Assembly: GCF_021869535.1 (NCBI RefSeq)
Contig: NW_026262626.1
Coordinates: forward strand, 36,890,001 to 36,954,000
Reading direction: 5' to 3'
From: Mytilus californianus
Taxonomy: Eukaryota
DNA: 64,000 nt
Shown: positions 14,801-28,975 of the stretch, in pieces
How the letters are laid out: every line of letters begins with the position of its first letter
Numbering within the stretch: the first letter of the stretch is position 1
The notes under the pieces: generated by a model
Told to the model about the DNA's origin: nothing
Seen by the model: the letters and a program-made list of their open reading frames with translations, nothing else
Databases searched by the model: none
Translations under genes and position numbers: made by a program

Positions 14801-17800
14801 CATGGTTAATAAAAATTTTGTTGTAAACTTCACCTCTTTCTTAATAATGCTATAATGTTTTAATGTACAGTAAAAATTGTACTGTTAATGAAATCAAGTT
14901 TTCTTTCTGGCTTTGAATTGAAAAATAAATATTAATTAGTGAATTGGTGATGATGATACATTATTGGAGAGTTTTAAGTTCTTTATTTGCAAATGTTGAC
15001 GAGTTATATACCTAAGTCCTATGGAATGACCATTGATAAAAAACAGCATATTTCGATATATTTTATATTTCGTGTGCATTAATGCTTTAATCTTGTTGGT
15101 TGTTATCATATCGGTTTCACATTCTACTTTTTAGGAAAATGAGTTCATTACTGACTATCTGCAGACACGTTCGTTTTTACCAAGAGAGGTAATATAGAAA
15201 GAAAAAAGAATATTAAATTTAAGCTAACATTTACCATCATATTCTGAATCTATTTACTATGACTTAACATGCTTCGGCTTTAATCATAGTTAATATTTTT
15301 TTATCATTATCAATATAGAGGAAATCAGTATCATGGACAATCAAAATCATTATGCGGAGAAATAACAACATAATCAATTCATACATGACATGATGTGGCG
15401 TCCGTCCTGTTTCTCGCAAATGTTCAAATCTGATGCTAATACTCTTTCGGTAAATTCACAATAGAGTAATTAGGAAATGGTTGTGGTTATGACAAGTGGG
15501 ACAAATTCGTTGTTCTCTCTGACACAACCACAGTCATTTATGGCGGTCAAATACATCATGTTGTTGTCTTTAAATAATATCTTAAATAGCAAACCCAAAT
15601 TTAGAACCAAGAGAAAGGGAGACAATATTTTTTCAATGCAGGACGAAAATATATATTGTGATTGCAATTTAATGCGTTTTTTACATAAATAAAGATCTTT
15701 CATTTCACTTGAAATCGTATTTGCTCATTTTTTATGCTTATTTACTTACTAATCTATTTCGATTTCTTCTTTGATTCTTTTGGCAGAAAGAAGTATCATT
15801 GTCTATTTTGAAAAACGATGTTTGGCAGCCAGAAACCGCCAGAAATATTCACCTTAATATGGACATTGCACAACAAAATCTTACCTGCTTACTTACTCAT
15901 TATATGGTTATGATGACCTTTATTCCAGGAAGTACAACGTTATTGATGCCTTTAAAAAATATAGCATTAAATATCGGTTGTATGAAGGTACGCACATTGA
16001 AATATTCACATATTCGAAAAATGAACATTCACTTTGTATAATGAAAGTTTCTATTTTGTTATGCATTGTTATAAAGTAACGAGTTGGGTTCCGAGAGTTT
16101 TTTAATGTGAATACACCCACACTGGTAAAGTACGTAACTGTTAAAAAGACAAGGGTTTAAATATTTCGCAAAATATCGAAATTATATAGAAAAATGAAAA
16201 TTTTACTTCATCACAACAATATTTCACTTATAAGTGTGCAACAACATTATGAGGAATAAAAGTTATTTATATTTACTGTAACAGTCCGTTATCCAGGTAT
16301 GTTTGTTAGCAAAATGCCTTAAACTGCATTATCCTGAATTGCATCCGTCTGAAAATGTTAAAAATAATATGTTTGATAAAATTTCAATCATTTATTATTT
16401 GTACTTCATTTCTTTCAACTCATTATTCGATAAATATTAAATCTTAGTTGCTTGTATATCAATGTCTTCCACTTCCTTATTAATTTGACTTTCCAACTTA
16501 TACGTCTTGTACAGGAAGTCATAACGTCTTGTGTTTTTAGCCATTTGATCTTATGAGCCTCATCTGGTATTATGTATTCAGAGAATAATAAATACATTTG
16601 TATATCTCGATTGACTGTTTGCTCTATGATGTCGCACTAGATGTAGATATAACGTCAATGTAAGACAGAAATGATGAAAAGGGCATGATACACGCAGGTT
16701 GTTTTTATGTGGACAAAATAGGCATGACAATAATATATTTTGGATTGATATAGAATTATGATATAATACTAGTAAATCATTTTGGTTACGTGTTAGTTGT
16801 TTAAATGAAAATTACAAGTTATTATTTTCTCCATTAGGATTCCTACTACCCATCTATGCCGGATGATGTAATTGCATTCTTTACAAGAGTCATGCGAGAT
16901 CATAATAAGGAACATAGCGTGAAATCACAGTGGGGAGATGAAGACGTCCCGACAATATACAGTGAGTTTACAACTACGCTGATATTGAGTATCAGTAACA
17001 ATGCCTGTGTTTTTAATTATAAAACAAAATAATTTTTTTCTTCGATATCTTTATTCTTTGCATTTAAGTTAATACATTGCATGTAACATTTATCAACGTA
17101 GCTAATAATGCAATTTATGAATAAGTGGAAAGAATCTTTGCACAAGAAGTTGATCATAATAAAGAAATTTCACTCTGATGATTCAATGATTTTGAAGACC
17201 ATTTCTTATCTGACAATTCATTAAATATTTGATTCTTTGTTTACGATTTTTTTTATCGACACATATTTGTTTCGCTTTTTTTTTCTTTTTTTTTTTTTGA
17301 CAAACAGGCCAACTTTGTCGATTTTGACGCAAATAAACTAGACTCCAAACTAGAATCCATGATTAACTGTTGACAAATTAAATGTGTTTGTGTCTAAACT
17401 TACAATCGACATGTATTAGCTGTGTTTATATATTTATCTATCACGATAGTCTTCTGATCTGTTTATTAATCGATTACGTCTATTCATGATTGTGACTCTG
17501 TTGATGCACCGGTCTTCCCTTTTTTGAGTTCATGCAAGCCCCTCAGTTTTTTTTTTATCTTGAGCGTTATTGTCTTAATATATCAGTGTGACAACAATGG
17601 TGACCTGAAAAAGAATACAAATAAGTGTTATGTTTTCTCTTTTTTTCATTAAAACTAGTACGTGTTTGATTCCTTATTTGACTGAACCCACAAGATTCGC
17701 ATCTGTATTTTCGTTACAAACATGAAATATCGATTTGATTTTGATTTGATTTTTGGTGTTTTAACTCCACTTTTAAGCACCGCTTTTGGGCTATTTCGTG

Positions 17801-20800
17801 GCTGCCAGTTTTTATTGGTGGAGGAAGCCGGAGTGCCCGGAGAAAACCACCGACCTTCGATAGGAAAACTGACAATCCTAGTCAATTAAGATTGGAGTCG
17901 AGTGCACCCGCACGAGCGGGGATCGAACTCACAACCTCAATGTTGACTGGCTAGTATACAGTAGTAACTACTTAAATCACTCGGCCACCAAGGCCCCATA
18001 TGAAATATCGAATAATATTTTTTTTTATTATTGACATTTTATGAACAAACATTGTAAGGGAATTGTTGTGAAATAAAAAAATGTCTTCATCCACATCTCT
18101 GAGTCCTTGTTAGGGTTTTGCTTTACTTTCTGCCTTTTTTCATATCGTATTTACTTTTCTAGTATTTTATCATTTTAAAATATTAATTTACACGAGCATC
18201 ACTCACAAGACAAATTGATACTGTTCATGATATAATATTTGCTTTGGTAAAGCCTTTGAACAACATGAATATAATTTCATGAAGTGGTTAAAGTTATTAC
18301 TTAAGGTGGTACCTAACACTACAGGGAGATAACTCTGATAAATCAGCTAAACGTTTTAATCACGTTGTATTGTTAAGGAAATATTAAGCTCCTCAATGAT
18401 CAAAATGAGCATTTGTCAAACTGCTATGTATCCAATGAAATTTTTCCGAGAAAGTGATTGGTTCAAGTTTTTTGAAATTTTTATATTTTTTCAAAGGGTT
18501 AAAGTAAATATTTTCAAAATTTCAAAATTTTATGAAAATTAAACGAGCCAACTTAATTTTAGTCAAGGTGTTGGGTACTACTAGTACCTTAAATTAAAAA
18601 AAATGTAGTGGAAGTAAGATTTAAACAAAAGATTAATTAAAAGTTGTATATCACGAACAGGTTTTCACGGTTATCCAAATGTAATGAAGTTTAGGAATGG
18701 TCCTTCAAATCTATCAACCTTGGCTTATAAAACTTAAAGATTGAAGTTTTGATTATATTTAAAGCATTGTATTTTCAATTACGTTTGCAATTTCTTTTTT
18801 AACACAAGTTCTCCTGTTATAAAAGTAAATAGCAGAAATGCAATGTACAATGATTTTTGTTGATATTTCTTAAAAAAGAATAATGTAAAGTTTGGATATT
18901 TCATAATATTGCGTTGCGTTTTATATCAACTGTGCTGTTTATGACTTTGTTGTTATGCCAACAGCTTCTATTATGCAGTCCCATCGATATAAGGATTTAA
19001 GATACACAATTTCTTTCTGTTTTTTTTTATCATATCTTGTTGAGTTCTTCGGGCATTTGGGGGAGTCTGTTTTGAAAAAGGACTCTTTAAATCTCCAATT
19101 AAATTTAATAAAACGTTTTGAAGCTAAATGCGATTAAGAGCTCGACATATTGTAAAGACCATATGGTGACCATAGATGTATTTAAGTATTAATTGTATTT
19201 TCGACTCGTTGATGTTAATCCCACCCATTTTTTTAGTACTTTGTACATGATTATCAAAAGTCAACGATGTTAAGACTAGTTCATAACTAACTATGTGAAA
19301 ACGTTGCACATGATCATTTGTCGGCTTGATTTCACCTTGTGACCAGAGACAGGACTTTCAAATGTTCATTATAAAAGTTGCTTAGCTAGAAGGCTTATTT
19401 GTAACATGAAACCCTTCATTATTGTTTTCGCGTTTTGAGCTGAAAGAAAAGCAAAGTGTTGTCTATGAGTAAATTGGAGTATTTTATTAAATCGTTTATG
19501 GAACAAATGACGCAATAGATCGAGTTTTTCTTTGTCCTTATCTTACAGATTTGTTATGGATTTGTATTTCTTGACCAAAATATCTTCCTTAGATTTGACG
19601 ATTATTGAATTTATCAAATTTGCATGTATTTCCAAACAGACAAAGATAAACATGTCAGTGTTTAGTAATCAGACCTTGTTGTACCTCTTTTCCATATATA
19701 GAATATGAGAAGATTCAAATTTGCAAGCTGACGACAACACCAAACAATGTTACAAAAATCATATGAAAGGGCAATAACTTTAAACAAACCAATTCAAACC
19801 AATTTGATTTAAAACCCACTATCAAACCGCCACAAAATCTGATGAATGTAAGCAAGTTCGAAGGGAAAACTGTCTGGTTCACTGATGACAACATAAAAAT
19901 GTTCACTGATATAAACCTTATCTGGAAGCAGATATTATATTACCGACAAACATATTATGACGGTGTGTATATCTGATCAATTATTATTATGTGGTCAGAA
20001 CCGCGGATGGGTCTTCCTATCTATTCCATAAAGTCACACAGCGACGCAAAAATGTCTGAACGTTACGTTAAATCGTGCGAATCTAGTATTTCTGTCATAA
20101 TAAAGAAATTTCACTCTGATGCTACAAGGATTTTGAAGACCGTTTCTAATCTGGCAATTCATTAAATTTTGATTCTTTGTTTTTTAGATTTTTTTTATAT
20201 CATCATATATTTGTTTCGCGTTGAATCGTGCGAATCCAGTATTACTGTCACCGTACTATTCTTGTCAGTTTGTTTTCGATTTATAAGTATACATGTTCCT
20301 ACGGTATCTTTTGCCTCCATTTTTCTGTTAGACAATAATATTTTCCGGTAAATGCATCTACCTTTTGCTAAATGGCAATTAAACTTGAAACTTGAAACTT
20401 AGCCATTCTTTACAGAGAGCACTATATATTCACAAGAGCCATTTAGACGAGTAATGAGTCACTATTATTTTCTGTACCATACATTCATGATCCACTACGG
20501 TAACTTTCAAATTAACGGCTCTCGGTAGTACGTGAGAGTGCAATTAACATGTTATATACATAACGTTATATTTTGAGGGATCATGCATTAGTGTTATTTT
20601 CGTTTTTGAAGATATTTGTAAGAAACTAGGTATCACCAGAATTACCATATTTTGATGTCGATGTCACAAAATGAAAATAAGGTGCATTTCTTTGTATTAT
20701 CAAACTGTTTTGTCTGATAAAAAAAATGTCTTACCACAAAAACTTGAAATCAGTTCATGTGTATATTGGAGGGGAAATTATACGTGCACATATAAGGTAA

Positions 20801-23800
20801 TCGAAGGAATATCTACTGATATCTAGTAAAAAAAAAACATTAGAAATTCGCTCAAGACGTTTTACTTTGAACAACATTTCATGTATGTTTATATGTGCAA
20901 ATTTATTTTCTAGAATGCCCACAAGGTCACCCTTATACCATTGGGGACGTAAGTATATTATTGTATTGAAGTAGTGTATGGTACCTCTATGTGATTTAAA
21001 TTCTGGAACATATGCTTTTTGGGCAGCCAAATATAAATGTTAAATGGCTACTTTTAATATGTTTTCCGCCTGTGTACCCATAACAGCTTGCAAATGAAAA
21101 CGACTTGTACCTTTTTCCTGTGTTATCAGTCTAACGAAATGAATAATTGATTTTTCATTCTTCTGCAAAGAAGTCGGCAACTTCGACCATTGCAAGATTC
21201 CCACTTTAACATAAATAGGAAAAATGTGTATGAATTGTAGTTTTCGTTCAATATGATTAGTAATTGTCTTGATATAATTGTCATGCCATAGTCTCAACAT
21301 CACGTATATGGTATCTCATGGAACTACGTCCGTACCTGGTTTGCCTTATCTGTTTAGAATAGCTATGTTTGGTAGATATATGTTTATTGTCCCTGAGGCG
21401 CAGGAGTTGCGGCTGACATAGAAGTCTCCCGTATGTTCTTCTCGTAAGCATTCTCGCATATTTTGTCAAATATTTATGAAAAATATATCAAATAAAATTG
21501 AGAATGGAAATGTGGAATGTGTCAAAAAGACAACAACCCGACCAAAGAGCAGAAAACAACATAAAGCCACCAATGGGTCTTCAACACAGCGAGAAAATCC
21601 CGCACCCGGAGGCGTGCTTCAGCTAGCCCCTTAACAAAATGTGTACTTGTTCATTGATAATGGACGTCATGATAAACTCCGAAATGTATAAACCAACTAA
21701 AATTAAAAATCATACAGGATTAACAAAGGCCAGAGGCTCCTGACTTGTGACAAATGTATGTATCAGCAATGTCTGGACAAGTTCAAAAATCAGTTCTCAA
21801 CAACTATTAATAGGTTTTATGCCTCTTGAAAAATAAAAATCAATTTGAAAATTGCATTTAAGCGCTGTCAAGTCTACATTTCTTGTAGGATTGTAATGCA
21901 ATTTATAAAGAAGTGTTATATTAAAAATGTCTGGAACAAAATCGAAATCAGCGCTGATCATTTATTGAAACAAATGTTTTATACCTTAGAAATGTAAATT
22001 TAAAAGCTAATTACATTGTGAACGCTCTCAAGTGAACAATGCCTGTCATACATTTCGGACAAATTCGAAAAATCAGTGCCAAATAACTTTTGAGAAACGA
22101 TCTGTGACCTTGGAATACATATGTATGGGAAATAAAATTGCTAACTATCATTGCATGCCTACAATTCCTGTAAAATAACCATTGAAAATTAAAAAAACAA
22201 ACAAAAACAAAAAACAAAAAAAAATAAATTCTAGTAAATCCCCATGGTAGATAAACAATACGTAACACATTTGACATTGGAACCCTCTCATTGGTTACTT
22301 TATTTTGTATTGCTTCATTTACACGTTGAGAGTGCCATTATAAGAAAAAAAGAAACGTAGAATAACAATATGCCACCCCAACTCCGTTGAGGGTGCCATA
22401 ATAATATCTTCAAAATATTTTTATGTTTATTCATGTTAATACTGATTATATGAGAAGGAATGGGTTTTTGTCAATCTTTTATTGCTTATTATGTAAGCGT
22501 ACGAAATGCAATATTAGTTAGATTCAGCAATCTTATTTACCTTACTTTCTCTGCACTTGGAATACCATTGGCTAAAATCGTATACTTGGGAACCATTTAT
22601 ATATAAAATTCGCATTCACAAAAATTTTAATATGTACAAAGCTAACTAATAGACGATATTTGTTCTTCAACCCTAATATATATATACATTTCCAATAACT
22701 CAGTTATAACTTTTATTTTATACCAAAATCAATAAAAAGTTGCATTAAGGACTTTTTCTATTATTAGTGTGGAAAGGCTTATTTTGAATATACGTGTTTT
22801 TGTGGAGAAAAGATCGGAGGAAAAAGCCACATTTTACTGACAACAAACAAACAGGCATCAAGGTAAATTTGGCATTGTATTAAAAACAAAGAAAATGTAT
22901 CAATTCACCTTTTTTAAAAGTTAATTCAGAAAAACTTGTGAAGTTTAAGAAACTCTAACTTTAATATGATTATGTTGTCGACTGTTATTTCTTTTAATTT
23001 TATTTGTGTTTCTTATATTATTTAAATCATTGAAAAGATCATGCATATACTACGTCTTAGGAGCCAAACAGTATGTAATCTCATCCTGTATGAACTGTTT
23101 TACACTAGTCATGTTGGGGTCCTTTATAGCTTGCTGTTCGATGTGAGTCAAGGCTTTGTGTTGAAGGCCGTACTTTGAGCTATAATGACCTTTTACAAAT
23201 TGTGACTTGGATGAAGAGTTGTCTCAATGGAATTCATACCACATCTTCTCATATCTATCAACATGATTGATATGCTTTCACATTAAAGTTCTTCAAGTGA
23301 ACAATGATATGTTTAGAGTTGATTTGAATTATTGTATATCAATACAAAGGTTTAGATAAAGAATTTCATTTTGAAACCCTAAAAAGTACAGTGTGGAGCA
23401 AATCTTTGGTAGCGATCATACCGATTGACTTACACATGATGTTATAGGACATGTTTCTTAATCTTAAAAGTGTGTACTTTTTGTGAATACATGTAGTTGT
23501 TTATCTTTTCCTTATTTTTTGTTTGACTTTGGTATTGTGTTTTTTCGAGTTATATGTTAAAAATGCATATTTTGAATGTCATCTCATTTGTTTATGGCAG
23601 TTGACCAATCTTGCCTTTATTACCTTTTCATGAAAATGCGGGTTTTTTTGTCAACTCTACCCTGTTCTAGTCATTCTAATGGTTTTTTTATTACATTTGT
23701 TGTATTCTGTTGGCTGCTGGGTGCCAATTATTATTAAATAAACCTATTCTGTCTATTTGGGTTGCTTTCCAAATTTTATCAATATAACGAAACTATAAAC

Positions 23801-26800
23801 AAGTGTCATACGATTGGGTTGTTTAGATAGTTTTTCAACCCATAATGTTTTTTGGAAATGTCTGAACAAAATCGGGATTATGGCAGTTGTTTTTCACTGG
23901 TTATGTTGATTGATAGCTATTGATGTTTTCAATTTTGCTGGAATTTTCTTTTTTGAATCATACTTGGAGTCGGTATTTTTGTTAAACTTTTTTTTATATA
24001 TAAATGAAAATATCGTATCTGATTTGTTCATTGTGTTTATTACTATAGAATGGTACTTTTTTGCTACTTTTTAGTTTTTTGCTTGTTTTTTGTTGAGGGC
24101 TCTCATCTTTTAAGTTAGAATGTTAATTGATACTCCATGAAGATACAATTTAGATAACATTTTGATAAAATACTACACAATACAATTTGTTTACAAAAAC
24201 ATATATGCAAATAGATCGAAGTAACTATAGTTTATATTTTCATATATTTGTATGTCTATATAGCGAGGCTGCCGCAAAAGGACACATTCTTGGTAGAGCT
24301 AACAGTCTGAAAGCAACAGATATTGTTACACCTAGAAACAATCTGAGCAGAGGTTCATTTGCAATTATTCGACTGTTGACACACATGTCAATGTTCATTG
24401 CAGCAAACTCTAACGTCCAGGTATAAAGTAAAATCTGTATTATATTTTATTGCTATCAGCGTAGTACAATTTAGAAAGTGAGATAATACAATTATAGGTC
24501 CAATGCAAAAGTTATTAATGTTAAACGCATGCGAAATCGGAAAGAACGTTTTTATCACAATCATCCATATAAGAAGTTTGAAACGATTTAACAATTTCGC
24601 CACAAAAATTCGAATATAACTATTGTTCAAAGACTATCATCTTTTTTCCAAGATTTATATATCTTTAATATTGGCAATAATGTTTTCAAAAACAAAATAT
24701 GGTGAAATATGGAATTTTTATTATCATGATTATATTAACATGATTAAAGTGTAACTAAAATTGAAAGATAAGACGCGTAATATTCCCAAAGATAAAACCA
24801 GTGCTGTAATAAGTGAAAATTATAAGGAAATTGATTATTTACACATTTGTTAAAGTTTTCAAAAGTTTGTTGTCTTATATATTTTTATGTAGTTTATTTT
24901 TATTTTTATGGCACTTCTCAGTAAAAGTGGGTCTTTTTCATTGCCAAATGTCATTCAAAATTCTACATATGACTCTTTCGGTGATGAGTATTCCTGGTTT
25001 GACAATGTAAACTAAGAACTCAATATATTACACGAGACAATGTTAACAGCCATTTATTATCATCATCCATTGTCAAAATAATGCTTCTTTCATTTTAATA
25101 CTTGTGTATTACATATCAATATTTGGTCTACACTTCAGTTTTGAATGAATCGTTATATTTTGTTTGTATTTTGATAATATTTTCGATTTTATTTATGTGG
25201 TTGCAGTACTTATGTATATTGTTATCTTTTAATTTGACAAATATTACCACGTGCTGATCATCTTATTTGCAGGCAGTACAGCAGATTATTAAAACAGAGC
25301 CAGATATACAGGAAACGGAAGTGTTTCAGTTCTTATTGGAACATATTAATTTAGATATTGAGTCACTTCATCAAATCTTAGGAAAAGGAAAAGATGACAT
25401 TTTTCTTATGATACATTTTATACTCAACGATATTGTAATGATGCATACATCAGCTGCGATAGGTGAACATTTACAATTAAAAATTTTGTTTTTATAGTTG
25501 TTGCAACAAAACCTTCGATCTCAAACTGACTTGAAATATGTTTCCAATTTTTCTGTTACATGCTATACTTTTTAAAAATATGATAACGAAAATACCGAAT
25601 TCCATGAAAAATTCAAAACGGAAAGTCCCTTATCCAATGGCAAAATCAAATGCTTAGGCACTACAATAGAATGGAAAACAACGATCATATTCCTGAATTG
25701 GTATATGCATTTCCTTATGGGGAAAATTTTGAATTAAACCAGGTGTTATAGCTAGCTAAAGATCGCTCTATATGACAGTCGCATAAAATTCCTTTTTGAT
25801 GAAATCAATGTGGAACAAAACAAACAGAATTTAATAGGTATAAATGTAAAAAAAAATTGGATACAGCAGTCAACATTGTGCCATTTATCTTAATCAATAT
25901 TAAAACGAATAAATATGTCAACAAAGAAACAAATGGCATATAGACAAAGCACATACGCAAAAAAGAAAGACATAACATTACCACATCACAACAACACATT
26001 GGGGGGATGAATAAGTACTGGTGTCTTCACTTTACTTTACTGCCATGGTATATTGAACCTCCTACTATAGACCTCTCATTTAAACATTCTAGCTATGTTT
26101 AACTCCTGTACATAGCAATAATAGTCCAATAAGTAGTTTGTATGTATTTAACATGCTGAAAAAGATGTTTTAAAATTTTTACTTAGCCATGGTGTTTTGA
26201 CCCCCCTGCCATGGTATATTAAACCCCCTTACTATATGCCTCTAATTTTAAAAATTCTAGCTATTCTAACTCCTTTATATAGTAATAATACTCCAATTAT
26301 TAGTTTATATGTATTTAACAGGCTGGAAAAGCTGTTTTGAAATTTTTACTTATCCATGGTATTTTGAGCCCCCTGCCATAGTATATTGAACCCCCTACTA
26401 TAGGCCTCTAATTTCAAAAATTCTATCTATTCTAACTCCTATATAAAGTAGAAAATACTCTAATTAGTAATTTGTATGTACCTTGCCATGGTATATTGAA
26501 CCCCCTACTATAGACCTCTAATTAAAAAAATTCTAGCTATTCTAACTCCTTTGCATAGTAATAATACTCCTCTAGGAAGTTTATATGTATTCAGCATGCT
26601 GGAAAAGATATTTTGAAAATTTTACTTAGCAATGGTATTTTGACCCCCCTGCCATGGTATATTAAATCCCTACTATAGACATCTAATGAAAAAAATCTAG
26701 CTATTATAACTCCTCAATATAGTAATAATATTCCAATAAGTAGTTTGTTTGTATTTAACATGCTGGAAAAGATGTTTTGAAAATTTTACCTAGCTGTGGT

Positions 26801-28917
26801 ATTTAAACCCCTCCTACCATGGTATATTGAACCCCCTACTAAATACCTCTAATTTCAAAAATCTAGCTAATCTTTTTCCTAAAAATAGTAATAATACTCC
26901 AATTAGTAGTTTGTATGTATTTAACATGCTGAAAAAGATGTTTTGAAAATTTTACATAGCCATGATATTTTGACCCCCCCCCCCCCCTGCCATGATATAT
27001 TGAACCCCCCAACTATAGACCTCTAATTTCAAAAATTCTAGCTATTCTAACTCCTTTATATAGTAATAATACTCCAATTAGTAGTTTCTATGTATTTAAC
27101 AGGCTGGAAAAGCTGTTTTGAAATTTTTATTTATCCATGGTATTTTTACCCCCCTGCAATGGTATATTGAACCCCCTACTATAGACCTCTAATTTCAAAA
27201 TATTCTTGCTATTCTAACTCCTATTGAAAGTAAAAATACTCCAATTAGTAGATTGTTTGTATTTAACATGCTGGACAATATGTGTTATGAAAATTTTACT
27301 TAGCCATGGTATTTTAACCCCCCTGCCATGATATATTGAACCTCCTATTACAGACCTCTAATTTCAAAAATTCTAGCTATTCTAACTCCTTTATAAGGTA
27401 ATAATGCTCCAATTAGTAGTTTATATGTATTTAACTGGCTGGAAAAGATGTTTTGAAATTTTTACTAATCCATGGTATTTTGACCCCTGCCATGGTATAT
27501 TGAACCTCTTACTATAGACCTCCAATTTAAAATTGTACTTTAGATAATCTGCTATACTATTTATCTAAAACAGGCGGGATTCAATTTTCCATGGTGGGAT
27601 TCAAAATACTATATGGGAAAAATGACCCCGGGGTCAAAATACCATGCGGTATAATGACCCCGGGGTCAATTTTCCATACGGTATTTTGACCCCGGGTTCA
27701 CTTTTCAGGGGGTTCAAAATATCATATGACACCGGGCTACGCCAAAAGGGAATTACCACAAAATGAACTAAACAGTAAAGGTTAATAATTCACAAAAATA
27801 AGCAAAATAACACTTTTACACGTAATTTAGATGATAAACAACGTCAGTACATAGAATATATACTTCAAGATCATCATGTTTTATTTTATGAAGTTGATGC
27901 AGAATATTTATCAACAAGGTCTTGGTATCTTCCGATGAACGTTTTTAAACAATTACAAGATTTTCTATAACATAACCCTGGTTCATTGACTTTCTGTTCA
28001 GTTTAAAAAGTAAAATCACAAAAATACTGAACTCCGAGGAAAATTCAAAAAGGAAAGTCCCTAATCAAATGGCAAAACCTAAAGCTCAAACAAATCAAAC
28101 GAATGGATAACAACTATCATATTCCTGACTTGGTACAGGCATTTTCTTATGTAGAACACTTCTCTTTGCAATAACTTGCAATGAATTGATGAACACCGAT
28201 GGTTTTATTAAATAAAATATCCATGAGTTATGTAGTGAATATGTTCTATCTATATTTGTATAAAATTTCAGGAGAAAATAATCCTGACGAATTGTGCAAA
28301 TTGAGCACCGAAAAAAGCCGATGTGAATGGGAGGATTTATTTGACCAGAAATTCATTTTTCCTGTGTTGCAGGTAATGTGCATATTATTTTGCCATTTCT
28401 GTAATACATAAATTAGCATTTTTCCTATTTTTAGAAATGAGGTTTGATTGCCAATAAGACAACTATTCACTAAAGTTAAATTGACGTGGATAAAAGAAAC
28501 TAGATAACCTAGGGAAGAGCACAACTTTAAAATAAAATAAAAAAGATAAGATTTAAAAGGTTTAGATCGGTACGAAGCACAAACAAACTAAGATATAAAC
28601 AATAGACGCAAATCACTTTACAAGAGTGCTCACAGTTACTAAAAGCTACTTCAAAGCCATAAACAACAAATGAATAGATCGTGTGCACCCAGATTGACGA
28701 ATCAATCAGTGAAACGCCTAGCTGATTTAGTATAAGACGATATGAACAGTCTTAGAAAGGCATTTAAAATTGGGTTAAATTTTATTGGTTGCTAGATCTG
28801 CGAAGAGAAAACAAGATTTATTAAGATATTTTACATAACAAATATACATGATAACAATGAAATAGTTCGTTTAATTATGGATATATATATATATATTGTT
28901 GGGCTGTTATTTAGACG

Positions 28918-28975
<58 letters not shown>

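Larger units (their letters stand above)
17155..20218 (+). repeat. Local direct repeat, ~120-bp arms (17155-17278 / 20096-20218)
   Basis: CATAATAAAGAAATTTCACTCTGATG...ATATTTGTTTCGC occurs twice within one intron. Confidence 0.8.

Noticed and set aside
16962-24263. Initial impression that the RZ finger is missing, since no ORF-track entry covers it
   Set aside because: It is present as a 35-nt and a 95-nt exon with correct splice phases.
26041-27530. CRISPR-like array
   Set aside because: Whole units are repeated with no unique spacers, there are no cas genes, and the context is a eukaryotic intron.
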